DNA of 64,000 nucleotides from Dehalococcoidia bacterium (GCA_965207225.1 CBDBLV010000005.1:512001-576000); one strand, 5' to 3'. Shown: positions 37,975 to 48,380, numbered from the stretch's first letter. Program-made: numbers and translations. The notes: generated by a model not told the origin, from the letters alone.

Positions 37975-38730
37975 ATGGTTAGCATGGTTGAGGTCCTCGG
38001 CCTCCCAGGCATCCCCGAGGTCAAGGAAGGTGACGATGTTGCTCGCATTATCTTGAATGCTGCAAAGACCGCAGGCGTCTCCCTTGACCCTGGCGACGTG
38101 GTGGTCGTCAAGCAGAAGATCGTCTCCAAGGCCGAGGGCCGCGTCGTCCCCCTCAACACCATCACCCCCTCCCCCCTCGCCCTTGAAATAGCCCGACGCT
38201 TCGATAAAGACCCCCGCCACGTCGAGGCCGTACTCGGCGAAAGCAGCCGCATCGTCAAGATGGACCAGGGCCTCATTATCTCCGAGACCCGCCACGGCCT
38301 CATCTGTGCCAACGCCGGCGTCGACGCCTCCAACGTCGGTTTGGAAGAGGCCGTAGTCCTACTCCCCCAAGACCCCGACACCTCCGCCCACGCAATACGC
38401 ACCACTCTGGAATCTGAGACCGGAAGCCAACTGGCCGTCATCATCTCCGACAGCATCGGCAGACCGTGGCGTAGAGGCATAATTGACCTTGCTATCGGCA
38501 TCTCGGGCCTCGTTCCCCTCCGGGATTACGTCGGCCAAACGGATGACGACGGCCGTGAGCTAAAGGTCACCGTCGTCGCCGAGGCCGATGAGCTCGCCTC
38601 CGCTGCAGAGCTGGTCACAGGTAAGCTCGAAAGGTGCCCTGTGGCGATCATCAAGGGAAGCGGCGTTCCCCTGGGCGAGGGCCGCGCCGCCGACCTCGTC
38701 ATGGACCCAATTAAAGACCTCTTCCGGTAA
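37975..38730 (+). CDS. cofE: coenzyme F420:L-glutamate ligase
   Basis: KIVSKAEGR, CANAGVDASN, DSIGRPWRRG, ADELASAA. Confidence 0.93.
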   Translation: MVSMVEVLGLPGIPEVKEGDDVARIILNAAKTAGVSLDPGDVVVVKQKIVSKAEGRVVPLNTITPSPLALEIARRFDKDPRHVEAVLGESSRIVKMDQGLIISETRHGLICANAGVDASNVGLEEAVVLLPQDPDTSAHAIRTTLESETGSQLAVIISDSIGRPWRRGIIDLAIGISGLVPLRDYVGQTDDDGRELKVTVVAEADELASAAELVTGKLERCPVAIIKGSGVPLGEGRAADLVMDPIKDLFR

Positions 38731-38761
38731 CTGATACTTAGTCCGACGAAAGGCAAGTGCA

Positions 38762-39217
38762 ATGGCCCTTCCAACAATGAGCGAACAGGCAATCCGGGAG
38801 TTCCTGGATGGAAAACACGTCGGCGTTCTCGGCGTCAACCGACGCCAGGGCGGCCCTCAGCTCTCACCCGTCTGGTACGCCTACGAAGACGGCTTCATCT
38901 GGATCCCGACAGAGCTAAAGGTTGCGAAGGTTGCCAACATCGCTCGGGACCCAGAGGTCTCCTTCTGCGTCGACGACAAACAACCGCCCCACAAGGGCCT
39001 CGTCATGTACTGCACCGCCGAAATCATCACCGAAGACATCTTCGATAGGCGTCAGGGAATCTTGTCCCGGTATCTCGGTGATGAGGACGGCGCAAAGATC
39101 GCCGCCGAACCCCGACCCTTGGGCATCGCCCTCCTCCGCCTCCAACCCCACCGCACCTACTCCTACGACTACTCCGCCACCGATCAGGGCTATTCGGACC
39201 TGGAGGACTACCGCTAG
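38762..39217 (+). CDS. pyridoxamine 5'-phosphate oxidase-like (PPOX/FDOR) protein
   Basis: GPQLSPVWY, KVANIARDPEVSFCVD. Confidence 0.85.
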   Translation: MALPTMSEQAIREFLDGKHVGVLGVNRRQGGPQLSPVWYAYEDGFIWIPTELKVAKVANIARDPEVSFCVDDKQPPHKGLVMYCTAEIITEDIFDRRQGILSRYLGDEDGAKIAAEPRPLGIALLRLQPHRTYSYDYSATDQGYSDLEDYR

Positions 39218-39226
39218 CCGGTTATC

Positions 39227-39595
39227 CTACTCCCCGATCCGGTCCTTCACGTCGAATCCCAGCTGCCCCAGCCCCGGCACCACGAAGCCCAGCGCTATCC
39301 TGTGCTGCCCCGGCTCCAGTTTGGCGCCCTTTACGTTGATGGTTATCGTCTTGTTCAGCGCTATCGTGAACCGCTTCTCGTCCGACACCTCCGAGAACGC
39401 CGTCTCATCACCCTCCAGGCTGAAGAACGTCTCTTCCATCGGGTACTCCACCCCGTCCAGCGTCACTGGTATCATCCCCTTCGCGTACCCCGACCCCAGG
39501 CTGTTCTTCAACTGGAAGCTCACCCCCGACTCCGTGTTCTGCAGGCTCCCTTTGATATAAAGCCTGCGCAAGAGGAAACCGGGTATCGTTACCAT
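39227..39595 (-). CDS. small hypothetical protein, probably beta-rich
   Basis: IPGFLLRRLYIKGSLQNT...FQLKNSLG; last gene of the sugar-kinase operon. Confidence 0.75.
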   Translation of the reverse strand: MVTIPGFLLRRLYIKGSLQNTESGVSFQLKNSLGSGYAKGMIPVTLDGVEYPMEETFFSLEGDETAFSEVSDEKRFTIALNKTITINVKGAKLEPGQHRIALGFVVPGLGQLGFDVKDRIGE

Positions 39596-39628
39596 GCCTT
39601 GTCCTTTTCGGAACGGCTTGTAGTCACT

Positions 39629-40288
39629 CTACTCCGCCGTCCCCTGTCTCATCCTGAACATGCTCTTTTCCACCTCCACGATCTCATCCGGCAGCGTCTC
39701 CACCTCCCCAAACCCCCGGGCCAGTATGAATATCTGCGACGCCCTCTCCACCAGTTCACACGCCCTCAGTGCATCCACCATGTCCCGACCCGCCGCCACC
39801 ACCCCGTGGTGGCGAATGAACGCCGCATTCCGCTCTCCCATTGCCTCCACCACCTTCTCGCCCAGGTCCTCCGTGCTCGGAAACCCGTACTCCGCTACCT
39901 CAACCGTTCCGCCCAGGTACGCCACTAGCTCGTCCAGGACCGGAGGCAGCGCCACCCCCGCCACCGCCAGCACGCTCGCGTAGATGGAATGCGTATGAAT
40001 CACCGCCTGGATATCCTGTCGCGCCCTGTACACCGCCACGTGCGTCAACGACTCCGACGATGGCACCGTCTCACCCTCCACCACGTCCACGTCGTAGTCC
40101 ACCACCACTATGTCCTCGGCGGTCATTTTCTCATAGTCCATGCTGGTCGGCGTGATGGCGATCAGCCCCTCCTCCCCTCCCCCCTCCAGCCTCATGCTCA
40201 CGTTCCCGCTAGTCGCCGCGACCAGCCCCAGCCGCAGCAGGTGCTGCGCAGCCTCGACTACAGTCTTCCTCTCCGACTCCCATTTCAT
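39629..40288 (-). CDS. class II aldolase (FucA-like)
   Basis: TSGNVS.R, ITPTS, PSSE...H, HTHS zinc ligands. Confidence 0.9.
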   Translation of the reverse strand: MKWESERKTVVEAAQHLLRLGLVAATSGNVSMRLEGGGEEGLIAITPTSMDYEKMTAEDIVVVDYDVDVVEGETVPSSESLTHVAVYRARQDIQAVIHTHSIYASVLAVAGVALPPVLDELVAYLGGTVEVAEYGFPSTEDLGEKVVEAMGERNAAFIRHHGVVAAGRDMVDALRACELVERASQIFILARGFGEVETLPDEIVEVEKSMFRMRQGTAE

Positions 40289-41790
40289 CACATGCTTCCC
40301 GATATCTCGTCTAGTTTTTCGTAAAGCTCCAGCCACCTCTCGTACTCCTCCCCAAGCCCCTCCCCCCGAGCCCCGTCCGGCTGGATCCGCTCCATCTCGC
40401 CCCCCATCCCCTCCGCCGCTTCCGGCAGACTATTGTACGCCCCGACGCCAACCGCCGCGCACATCGCCGCCCCCAGAAGCGTCGCATCCCTCTCCCTCGC
40501 GACCAAGATCTCCCGACCCAGCACGTCCGCCACCAGCTGCCCGAACCCCTTCACCCTCGTCACCCCTCCCCCCAGCCCCACCCGGGAAGCCTCCATTGCG
40601 GACACATCCTCCAATTGCTCGAAGTTCCCCTTGATTGCGAATGCCAGTCCCTTGAGAGTGCCGTTCACCAGCTCCTCCCGCGAAATCGCCGTATGCCCAA
40701 CAGGCGTCGGGAACATCACCCCCCCCATCTGCATCCCCATCTTTTTGGCGTCCATGATTCTCGGCCCCAGGAACGCAAACGACTCGTAATTGCCTCCCAC
40801 GTTGCTGCCCCCCGGTTCAAATGCCACCTGTTCCCTCTCCATCCCCAGCGTTTGCGCCATCCACTCCAACCCCCGACCCGCCTCGGTCGTCGTGCTCTCC
40901 ACCACCCACCTCCCTTCCACCACGTGCCTCCCCACCCACGTTCGCCGCTCCGCATCGACGCACGGCCCCCGGGTCACCATCTGCAGCGGCCCGCTCCACC
41001 CGACAAGTATTCCCATCTCACCCGGCTCCGTTACCCCCATCCCTAACAGCCCCAACTGCGTATCTGGCCCCCCAACAATCACCGGAGTCCCTTCCACCAG
41101 CCCCGTGGCCCTCGCCGCCTCCGGTGTCACCTCGCCCCTCTCATCGCCCGCCCGGCACAACCCCGGCATCAAGCTCGAATCAACGTCTACAAGATTTAGC
41201 AACGACTCAGGCTCCTCGGCATCCGATAAAGGCAAAAGCCCCACTTCCGTCAACGCCGACCCCTCCCCCCTCACCTCCCCCGACAGCCGGTACCCGAGCC
41301 AGTCCCCCAAAGGCAGTACATGGGCAGCCCTTTCAGCAACTTCCGGGGTGTTGGTTCGCAACCACTCCAGCCTTGCCGGTGCAAACAGGAACGACGGAGT
41401 GTGCCCCGTCAGCCTGTACACCTCTTCCCCTACCCGACCGTCTATCTCCATCCCTTCGAAGAACGCCCGCACGTCCCTGTTCGGCCCCGAGTACACCTCC
41501 CCACCCTCCCTATCCAGCAGCACGAATCCTCCCCTCTGGCTGGTCGTGCACACCCCCACCACATCCCCACTCCCCAATCCAGCCTTCTCAAGGCACTCCC
41601 GCACCAGCTCGCAGGCCAGACCCCAGGTCTCCTCCGGGTCAAACTCCACCGCTATATCGGAGAGCTCCCGAGGCGTGAAATACCTCATCGGCCCCCGGGC
41701 CTCCGCCCTCAACTGCCCCTCCAGCGAATACACCCCGCACTTCAGGCTGCTTGTCCCCAGATCCAGCGCCAGGACCGACCCCTCACCCAT
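40288..41790 (-). CDS. FGGY-family carbohydrate kinase
   Basis: LALDLGTSSLK, GGPDTQ, LGGG, ATLLGAAMCA. Confidence 0.9.
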   Translation of the reverse strand: MGEGSVLALDLGTSSLKCGVYSLEGQLRAEARGPMRYFTPRELSDIAVEFDPEETWGLACELVRECLEKAGLGSGDVVGVCTTSQRGGFVLLDREGGEVYSGPNRDVRAFFEGMEIDGRVGEEVYRLTGHTPSFLFAPARLEWLRTNTPEVAERAAHVLPLGDWLGYRLSGEVRGEGSALTEVGLLPLSDAEEPESLLNLVDVDSSLMPGLCRAGDERGEVTPEAARATGLVEGTPVIVGGPDTQLGLLGMGVTEPGEMGILVGWSGPLQMVTRGPCVDAERRTWVGRHVVEGRWVVESTTTEAGRGLEWMAQTLGMEREQVAFEPGGSNVGGNYESFAFLGPRIMDAKKMGMQMGGVMFPTPVGHTAISREELVNGTLKGLAFAIKGNFEQLEDVSAMEASRVGLGGGVTRVKGFGQLVADVLGREILVARERDATLLGAAMCAAVGVGAYNSLPEAAEGMGGEMERIQPDGARGEGLGEEYERWLELYEKLDEISGSM

Positions 41791-42778
41791 CGCCCTTCCA
41801 CACCTCTGGATTGACGATGTTGCGCGGTCGCCTACCTTGCTGAAAGCTCTCCAGTGCCTCCATCATCATCTCCGAATGCCGTGCAATCGTCCCATCCGTG
41901 GCCCCTCCCACGTGCGGGGTTAGAATCACGTTTTCGTGGGCCAGCAGCGGGTGGTCCGCCGGTATCGGTGGGCTCTCGTGGACATCCAGCGCTGCCCCCC
42001 CCACCCCCCCACCCCCGAGGGCCTCCAGTAGCGCGGCTTGGTCCACCGCCTGCGGCGTAGACGTATTTATCAAGTACGCAGTCGATTTCATCAACCCCAG
42101 CGCCCGACCATCTATAACCGTCGGCACCTCCGCGCCCGCTGGCAAGTGCAGGCTCACGAAATCCGACACCCTCAACAGATCGTCCAACTCGACCAGTCTG
42201 GCCCCCGACTCCCCAGCCTGCTCCGCCGTGATGTACGGGTCCGACGCCACCACCCCCATCCCCAGCGCACCCGCCATCCTCGCAACCTCTCCCCCGATCT
42301 TCCCCAACCCCACCAGCCCCAGCGTCTTGCCCGACAACTCCACCCCCCTCAGGTCCAGGTACGGTGATACCGGGTCTTCCCACCGACCCCCCGCCACGTA
42401 CCCATGCGCCCCGACTATCCCCCTGCCCAGCGTGAACATCAACCCAATCACCATCTCCGCCACCGCCCTCGTGTTGCGGCCCGGAGCGCTCACTACCACC
42501 ACCCCCGCCTCCGTTGCCGCGTCCACGTCAATCTGCGTCGTAGCGTTCCGGCATATCCCGACAAATTTCAGCCCCGGCGCCTCCTCGAACGTCTCCTCCA
42601 GCACGAAGTCCGCCTCCACCACCACCGCTTCTATCCTCGATTCATTGATAAGCTCCGCCAGGTCCTCCGGGTCGTACAGCGAGCGGGACTCGGTCCACGG
42701 TTTGTAGGTTACCTTCATGCTGGAGCGCAGCCGCTCCAGGCAATTCTCCTCGAATGGGGCAAGTATCAGTACGTGCAT
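41783..42778 (-). CDS. D-isomer 2-hydroxyacid dehydrogenase
   Basis: GLVGLGKIG, SDFVSLH, LINTS, TPHVGGAT. Confidence 0.9.
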   Translation of the reverse strand: MHVLILAPFEENCLERLRSSMKVTYKPWTESRSLYDPEDLAELINESRIEAVVVEADFVLEETFEEAPGLKFVGICRNATTQIDVDAATEAGVVVVSAPGRNTRAVAEMVIGLMFTLGRGIVGAHGYVAGGRWEDPVSPYLDLRGVELSGKTLGLVGLGKIGGEVARMAGALGMGVVASDPYITAEQAGESGARLVELDDLLRVSDFVSLHLPAGAEVPTVIDGRALGLMKSTAYLINTSTPQAVDQAALLEALGGGGVGGAALDVHESPPIPADHPLLAHENVILTPHVGGATDGTIARHSEMMMEALESFQQGRRPRNIVNPEVWKGDG

Positions 42779-42792
42779 GTTTAGTCGTCGCT

Positions 42793-43428
42793 TTAGTCGA
42801 AGAAGTCGATGATCGCATCTACCGAGTAGGCGGAAGAGTAGGCCAAGAGCGATGTCCTTATCAACCTTCCGGCGAAAGTTGCCGCCAGGAATTTCGCCAC
42901 CCCCATCCTCACCGCCCCCGCCGCTATCCCCGCTATGTCAAACAGCGGGTTCGGCAACGCGGCCAGTACGAATATCCCCAACACCCCCCACCGCCCCACC
43001 AGCCTCTTGCTCCAATTTGACCACCGGGACCACCGCGATTTCTCATCCTCTCCTTTGCCCCTTGATATCGTAGACCCCGCCCTCCCCACCAGGTAGCCGC
43101 TCAGCTCCCCTATCGTCATCCCCAGAGCCCCGACCAGCGCCACCAGCAACGGGTTCAGCACTGCCCCGGCCACGACAACAGCCACAAATCCGGGTGTTGG
43201 CAAAATGATCGACGCATTCGCCATCAACGTCACCAGGAAAAGCCCCGGATACCCGACCCGCTCGAAATACTCCCGGTCGAACGTCGGCTCCGGGATCAGC
43301 AGCAGCCCGACCACGCTGGCCGCAACCACCGCCACGACCGCTGCTTCCCACCGGAAAACCAGCCGTCGGGTGCGTTCCCCCACCCCGCCCCCGCCCTCCA
43401 CTAAACTGTCGTTGTCATTCTCGGCCAC
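42793..43428 (-). CDS. VTT/DedA-family membrane protein
   Basis: IGELSGYLVGR, LPNPLFDIAGIAAG. Confidence 0.85.
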   Translation of the reverse strand: MAENDNDSLVEGGGGVGERTRRLVFRWEAAVVAVVAASVVGLLLIPEPTFDREYFERVGYPGLFLVTLMANASIILPTPGFVAVVVAGAVLNPLLVALVGALGMTIGELSGYLVGRAGSTISRGKGEDEKSRWSRWSNWSKRLVGRWGVLGIFVLAALPNPLFDIAGIAAGAVRMGVAKFLAATFAGRLIRTSLLAYSSAYSVDAIIDFFD

Positions 43429-43695
43429 GAGACCTTTCCATAGCCGTCATTCCCATACCCCGCGAGGAAGCTGGAACGGGGGCCTTTGTGCTTGACTGAA
43501 GCACTCCCGGATACCGAAATGTCTTGGAATCAAAAATAGCAAACAGGTACTATATTAAATTCTACCTATAGACTAGGATTAGGAACTTTCCAACGTGTTT
43601 TCGGCAAAGAAAGTAAGCCATTGTGGTAACAGGACTTGATAGTATAGCCGAGGAGGATTTACACTATGGGGGAACACGGCTAAGGAGCACCAATC

Positions 43696-43878
43696 ATGGC
43701 CACCGTAGATATTCCCCTCGCCCAGACCATAGGCCAGCTTGTGGAAGGGCAGAGACAGCTTGAGGGGCGTATCGACAAATTGGAATCCAAGCTGGACAAG
43801 CTGCTCTGGGCCAACTTCGGCCTTATAGGGGCAGTATTGGCTGGGATTGCCTCTATCCTGATTACCACCTTGTCATGA
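43696..43878 (+). CDS. small coiled-coil protein with C-terminal TM helix
   Basis: TAAGGAG SD; heptad LEGRIDKLESKLDKL followed by a hydrophobic tail. Confidence 0.65.
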   Translation: MATVDIPLAQTIGQLVEGQRQLEGRIDKLESKLDKLLWANFGLIGAVLAGIASILITTLS

Positions 43879-43896
43879 TGAGACCTTTGTAAAACT

Positions 43897-43934
43897 GTCA
43901 TTCCGATGCCCCGCGAGGAATCTGGGGCGGGGCT
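43897..43934 (+). repeat. GTCATTCC..GAATC REP-like element
   Basis: gtcattccgatgccccgcgaggaatctggggcggggct; a degenerate copy lies at 43446. Confidence 0.8.
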
Positions 43935-44013
43935 TTTCGCCTTAAATGAAACGACCCCCAAGACCGGGGGCTCCCGGAATCGAGAGTTGTGAAAAGGTCT
44001 CCCCACCGTGTAG

Positions 44014-44706
44014 TCAAGGACTTCCGCCAGCCCTCGCCCGCGGCTCCTTGGGCCCCGCCAACCTCTCCCCAAGCCCCACCCACTCCGCATACCCCCTCGT
44101 CCTCCCCAGCCCCGGCCACCTCAGCACCTCCGCCAGGTCCTCCGGCGTATCCACGTCCACCCTGAACGATGCCAGATCGATGATTCTCGTTGCCACACCC
44201 TTGGCTTCCGCCTCCTGCAAGTGCAGCGAAAGGCTGTCAGGCCCGAACCTCGACGATATCACCGTCGGCGGCCTCCTCAGCATCCCGTTCGTCCCTCCGT
44301 CATGCGCCGGCGCCATCACCACCGACGGCGTCCCCGGATCTACAGCTAGAACCTTCTCCAGGTCTTCCCCCGAGACCTGCGGCATGTCCGAGGGAATAAC
44401 CAGCAGCCGCTCAATCCCCCTCCCCTCCAAAATCCCCGCCCCATAGTCCACCGCTGGCCCCTCCCCCCTTATCCCTTCCGGCTCCCGGATCACCTCGATT
44501 CCATACTTCTCCGCAATCTTCCCCACCCGAGAATCCCTCGTCACTATAACCAGCGGCCCTATCTCCCTGACTCCCTTCACCACCTCTATCACGTCCTCCA
44601 ACATCGCCAGAGATAATCCAATCTTCTCTTCTTGGGTCAGGATATCCCCCAGCCGGGACATCGACGTCGAAAGCTCCTTGACCGGGATTAGGCAGGCCGT
44701 CTTCAC
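44014..44706 (-). CDS. cofC: 2-phospho-L-lactate guanylyltransferase
   Basis: LIPVK....SRL, IPSDMP, DGGTN, FGPDSL..H, DVDTPEDL. Confidence 0.9.
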   Translation of the reverse strand: MKTACLIPVKELSTSMSRLGDILTQEEKIGLSLAMLEDVIEVVKGVREIGPLVIVTRDSRVGKIAEKYGIEVIREPEGIRGEGPAVDYGAGILEGRGIERLLVIPSDMPQVSGEDLEKVLAVDPGTPSVVMAPAHDGGTNGMLRRPPTVISSRFGPDSLSLHLQEAEAKGVATRIIDLASFRVDVDTPEDLAEVLRWPGLGRTRGYAEWVGLGERLAGPKEPRARAGGSP

Positions 44707-45635
44707 CTGTCCAGCCCCAGGGCCCGGAGCGCACTGCGCGCTAGCGCCATCTTCCGCTCCAGCGACGCCATTATCGTGTCCGTTACAACCGCCCTGGTCC
44801 CCAGCCCCTTCACCCGCTCCATGTCCTCCGCGTCCGCATAGTCCATGATGAAAGAGCTTGTGAACGGCCGGTATATCTCCGCCACCCCGTATGCGCTCAC
44901 CTCGTGCCCCAGGGCGTCCATCATGTCCGCCGCCGGCCCCTTGATCGCCTTCCCCCCGACTATCGGGCTTATCGCCGTCACCCGCTCCCTTGCCGCCGTT
45001 AAAGCCTCCCTGACCCCCGACACCGCCAGTATCGGCCCGATGCTGATTATCGGGTTGCTCGGCGCTATCACCACCCCCTCCGCCCCCGAGATCGCTTCCA
45101 GCACCCCCTCCGACGCCCTCGCCCCCTCCACCCCCTCGAACCGTATCGCCTTAACCCTGTCCGCCGCCTGGTCCTTCACCAGGTACTCCTGGAACCCCGA
45201 GTCCCCCTTCTCCGTGACCACTATCGTTGCAACCCTCTCGTTGCTCATTGGCAGCAGCCTGCACCCCACCCCCAGCCTCCCCCGTACCTCTTCAGTGATC
45301 TCCGATAGCGACGCGCCTTCCCGCAAACGCTCAGTTCGGTGAATGTGCAAGGCCATGTCCTGGTCTCCCAGGTTGAACCACGTCTCCCTCCCCAGCCTCT
45401 TCAGCCCCGACAGGCACTCCCACGTCTCGTGCTTCAGCCCCCACCCCCGGGCCTCGTCCGCCAGCCCCGCCAGCGTGTACGTAACAGTGTCAATGTCCGG
45501 CGAAACGTGAAGCCCGTGCATTATCACGTCGTCGCCCGTGTTGATGATGACCGTGACTTCGCCCGGGTCTACGACCTTGACCAGACCCTGCAGGAACCTG
45601 GCTGCCCCCACCCCTCCCGCGAGGACTGTGATCAT
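44703..45635 (-). CDS. cofD: 2-phospho-L-lactate transferase
   Basis: LAGGVGAARFL, HVSPDIDTV.YTL, WFNLGDQD, PSNPIISIGPIL. Confidence 0.95.
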   Translation of the reverse strand: MITVLAGGVGAARFLQGLVKVVDPGEVTVIINTGDDVIMHGLHVSPDIDTVTYTLAGLADEARGWGLKHETWECLSGLKRLGRETWFNLGDQDMALHIHRTERLREGASLSEITEEVRGRLGVGCRLLPMSNERVATIVVTEKGDSGFQEYLVKDQAADRVKAIRFEGVEGARASEGVLEAISGAEGVVIAPSNPIISIGPILAVSGVREALTAARERVTAISPIVGGKAIKGPAADMMDALGHEVSAYGVAEIYRPFTSSFIMDYADAEDMERVKGLGTRAVVTDTIMASLERKMALARSALRALGLDR

Positions 45636-45640
45636 CCCCG

Positions 45641-46996
45641 CTATCCGAGCACGTCCACGGCCAGCGCTATCAGCATCTTCGTCCCCAGTATCAGGCTCCG
45701 CACGTCCACCGACTCATTGGTCCCGTGCACGTTCGCCAGGTTCCCCGGGTCCTCCGGGTGCGACACCTGGAACCCGTACGTCAGCGTTCCCAGCGGCCTC
45801 ATGAACCGGGAGTCCGTGAATCCCGTGGTGAACGTCGGAATCCACACCGCCTCAGAGCCGTCCAGCGACCGCTCCGTCGCACTCCTCACCTTGGCCGCAA
45901 ACTCGGTGTTGTAGGGCGCCATGCTCGGGATCGCCATGTAGTCGATGTCGTACTCGACGTCCGGGATCCCCGCCAGTATCTTGTCCAGCTCTCCCCTCAG
46001 GTACGCCTCGTCCTGGTGGTACAGCGTCCGCACGTCGCACGTGATCATGCACTTGGAAGGGATCGAGTTCGACTTTATCCCCCCTTCGATCATCGTCGCC
46101 GATATCGTCATCCGCGACAGCCCCTTGATCCTAGAGGCCATCTGCGGGTCCCTCTCCGCCAGCTCCGATGCCAGCCTGTCTATGTTCCCGGGCGTCGGCT
46201 CCTCCTCCAGGTCCAGGCTCCTCAAATGCCCGAACACCTCCGACGACGTGTCTATCTCCGGCTCGTACTCCGCCAGCCTGCTCAGCACCAGCGCCGACCT
46301 TGTCAGCGCGTTCTCTCCGTTCCACGGCGTCGACGCGTGGCACGGCACCCCGTTCACCGTGATGTGTACCTCCAGCCTCCCCTTCTCCCCTATCCCGAAC
46401 AGGTACGCCGGCGCCCCGCTCTTCCTCAGCACCACGTCCCCGCCCCCCTCGTTTATACAGTAGTCCGCCCTCAACCTGTCCGGGTGGTTTTCCGCCAGCC
46501 ACCCCACCCCGAACCTCCCCCCGGCCTCTTCATCGGCGCAGGCCGCCAGCGTCAGGTCGCCCCGCAGCTCCACCCCCGCCCGCTTCATTATGATCATCGC
46601 CATCGTCTGGCACGTCAGCAGCGCCTTGCAGTCCGAAGACCCCCGACCGTACAGCCTCGTCCCTATAATCTCGGCGCTGAACGGCGGGCATATCCACTCC
46701 GACTCCGTCTCCACCGGCACCACGTCAGTATGGGCCATGTAGATCATCGACTGCCCCCCGCCCGACCCCTTTACCGTCGCAAAATAGTTCCCCCGCCCTG
46801 GCGCCGACTCTATCGTCTCCCCCTCTATCCCCTCCTTCGCCAGCAGGTCGCTCAGGAACTCGCACGCCTTCGTCTCATCTCCCGTCGGCATGAAGCCCGT
46901 GTTCACCGTCGGGATCCGTACCAGGTCCTGCTGAAGCCCGACTATCTCGTCGTATGCCCTGTCAACCTGCTCGAACAGTTCGGAAAGACTCGGCAT
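45641..46996 (-). CDS. M20 family metallopeptidase/deacylase
   Basis: AHTDVVP, YGRGSSDCK, ADEEAGG, HGTNE. Confidence 0.9.
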   Translation of the reverse strand: MPSLSELFEQVDRAYDEIVGLQQDLVRIPTVNTGFMPTGDETKACEFLSDLLAKEGIEGETIESAPGRGNYFATVKGSGGGQSMIYMAHTDVVPVETESEWICPPFSAEIIGTRLYGRGSSDCKALLTCQTMAMIIMKRAGVELRGDLTLAACADEEAGGRFGVGWLAENHPDRLRADYCINEGGGDVVLRKSGAPAYLFGIGEKGRLEVHITVNGVPCHASTPWNGENALTRSALVLSRLAEYEPEIDTSSEVFGHLRSLDLEEEPTPGNIDRLASELAERDPQMASRIKGLSRMTISATMIEGGIKSNSIPSKCMITCDVRTLYHQDEAYLRGELDKILAGIPDVEYDIDYMAIPSMAPYNTEFAAKVRSATERSLDGSEAVWIPTFTTGFTDSRFMRPLGTLTYGFQVSHPEDPGNLANVHGTNESVDVRSLILGTKMLIALAVDVLG

Positions 46997-47005
46997 TTCG
47001 CCTCC

Positions 47006-47689
47006 TTATTGGGCGGGTAGGTCTATTGGGGCTGGGGGCTGCAGCTCCATCAGCGCCCTCTGCGCATGGAGACCCTTCAGCCTCGCGAACGTCTCCTTGT
47101 ACTCCGCCGACAGAATAGACTCCGTCGTCATTATGTACGCGTCCTCGTTGTTGTCCAGGTAGTACCGCTTCCGCACCCCCGCCCTCTTGAATCCGTACTT
47201 GTCATAGAGCGACTGTGCCCCGCGGTTCGACACCCGCACCTCCAGTGTCACGTACCTTGATCCCCACCCCATCGCCGTCTCTATCGCCCGGATCAAAAGC
47301 GCCTCCCCCACCCCGTGTCGCCTGAACGGCGTCCTCACCCCTATCGATACCACGTGTGCATCGTCCACAACTTGCCACAGGCCGATGTATCCCAGCAGGT
47401 AGTCACCGTTGCTCGCCTCCGGCCCGACCGGCAAGAGTCTCCGCAAAACAGCCGAAAGGCGAGCGAGAAAGCCGGGTGCCGCAGGCTCTACGGGTTCGAC
47501 TTCCTCCAGCTCCGAAACATCCTCCAGCGCCACCGCTGTCAGGTATATGGCAAGCTTGTTGTTCAGCTCCCGCTTGAAGGATGTCGGGGGCCAGAGCGTC
47601 GGAAATGCATCTCTTTCCACTTCCACCAGCTGACGGGAGTCCAGGCTGGCCATGGGTCTGATATGAAACCGGATCGGAATGGGCGACAT
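47006..47689 (-). CDS. rimI: RimI-like N-acetyltransferase
   Basis: RRHGVGEALL, TLEVRVSN..AQSLY.KYGF, RKRYY.DNNEDA. Confidence 0.88.
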   Translation of the reverse strand: MSPIPIRFHIRPMASLDSRQLVEVERDAFPTLWPPTSFKRELNNKLAIYLTAVALEDVSELEEVEPVEPAAPGFLARLSAVLRRLLPVGPEASNGDYLLGYIGLWQVVDDAHVVSIGVRTPFRRHGVGEALLIRAIETAMGWGSRYVTLEVRVSNRGAQSLYDKYGFKRAGVRKRYYLDNNEDAYIMTTESILSAEYKETFARLKGLHAQRALMELQPPAPIDLPAQ

Positions 47690-47834
47690 TTCCTTGCCCG
47701 ATGCTCAACGTGAAGGTAGTACATTCTATCACAAGGCTACGCACTCCTACCCTTTCACCCCTCTCTTCGTTATATTTGACGTAGGGTTCCTATTATCCGT
47801 TTCCCCGAAAAGCCCCACTCCCGAGGGAAACCCG

Positions 47835-48380
47835 ATGCAGTCCGAGCAACAGCTTATCGAAAGTGCCCAGGCCGGCAGCGAGACGGCCTTCGAGCAGATC
47901 TACGAAGACTACTTCGACAGGATCTACGCTTACATCGCCGCCCGCATCGGAAACCGCGTTGACGCCGAGGACCTCACCGAGGACGTGTTCGTTCGCGCCC
48001 TCCAGTCCATCGGCTCCTTCAAGTGGCAGGGCATCTCCATCGGCGCCTGGCTTTTCCGCATAGCCCACAACGTGACCGTAGACCACCTCAGGAAGAACTC
48101 CAGGAGACAGACCGTCCCCATAGAGGACACCGTCCGCACAAAAGGCCCTTCCCCCGAGGAACGGGCCGCCACTAACATCGCCTTCGAGAAGGTCAGGGAG
48201 GTGTTCGACCGCCTCACCCAGGCCCAGCAGCAGGTTCTTACCCTCAGGCTGGCCTCTGGCATCTCGGTGGCGGAAACGGCAAAGATCATGGGCAAGTCGG
48301 AGGGTGCCGTTAAAGCCTCACAGCACAGCGCCTTGGCCGCGATCAGGAGGATGTTTGCCGCCGAGTATGGAGAATACTAG
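47835..48380 (+). CDS. ECF RNA polymerase sigma factor
   Basis: DAEDLTEDVF, WLFRIAHN...DHLR, C-terminal HTH (ETAKIMGKSEGAVK). Confidence 0.92.
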   Translation: MQSEQQLIESAQAGSETAFEQIYEDYFDRIYAYIAARIGNRVDAEDLTEDVFVRALQSIGSFKWQGISIGAWLFRIAHNVTVDHLRKNSRRQTVPIEDTVRTKGPSPEERAATNIAFEKVREVFDRLTQAQQQVLTLRLASGISVAETAKIMGKSEGAVKASQHSALAAIRRMFAAEYGEY

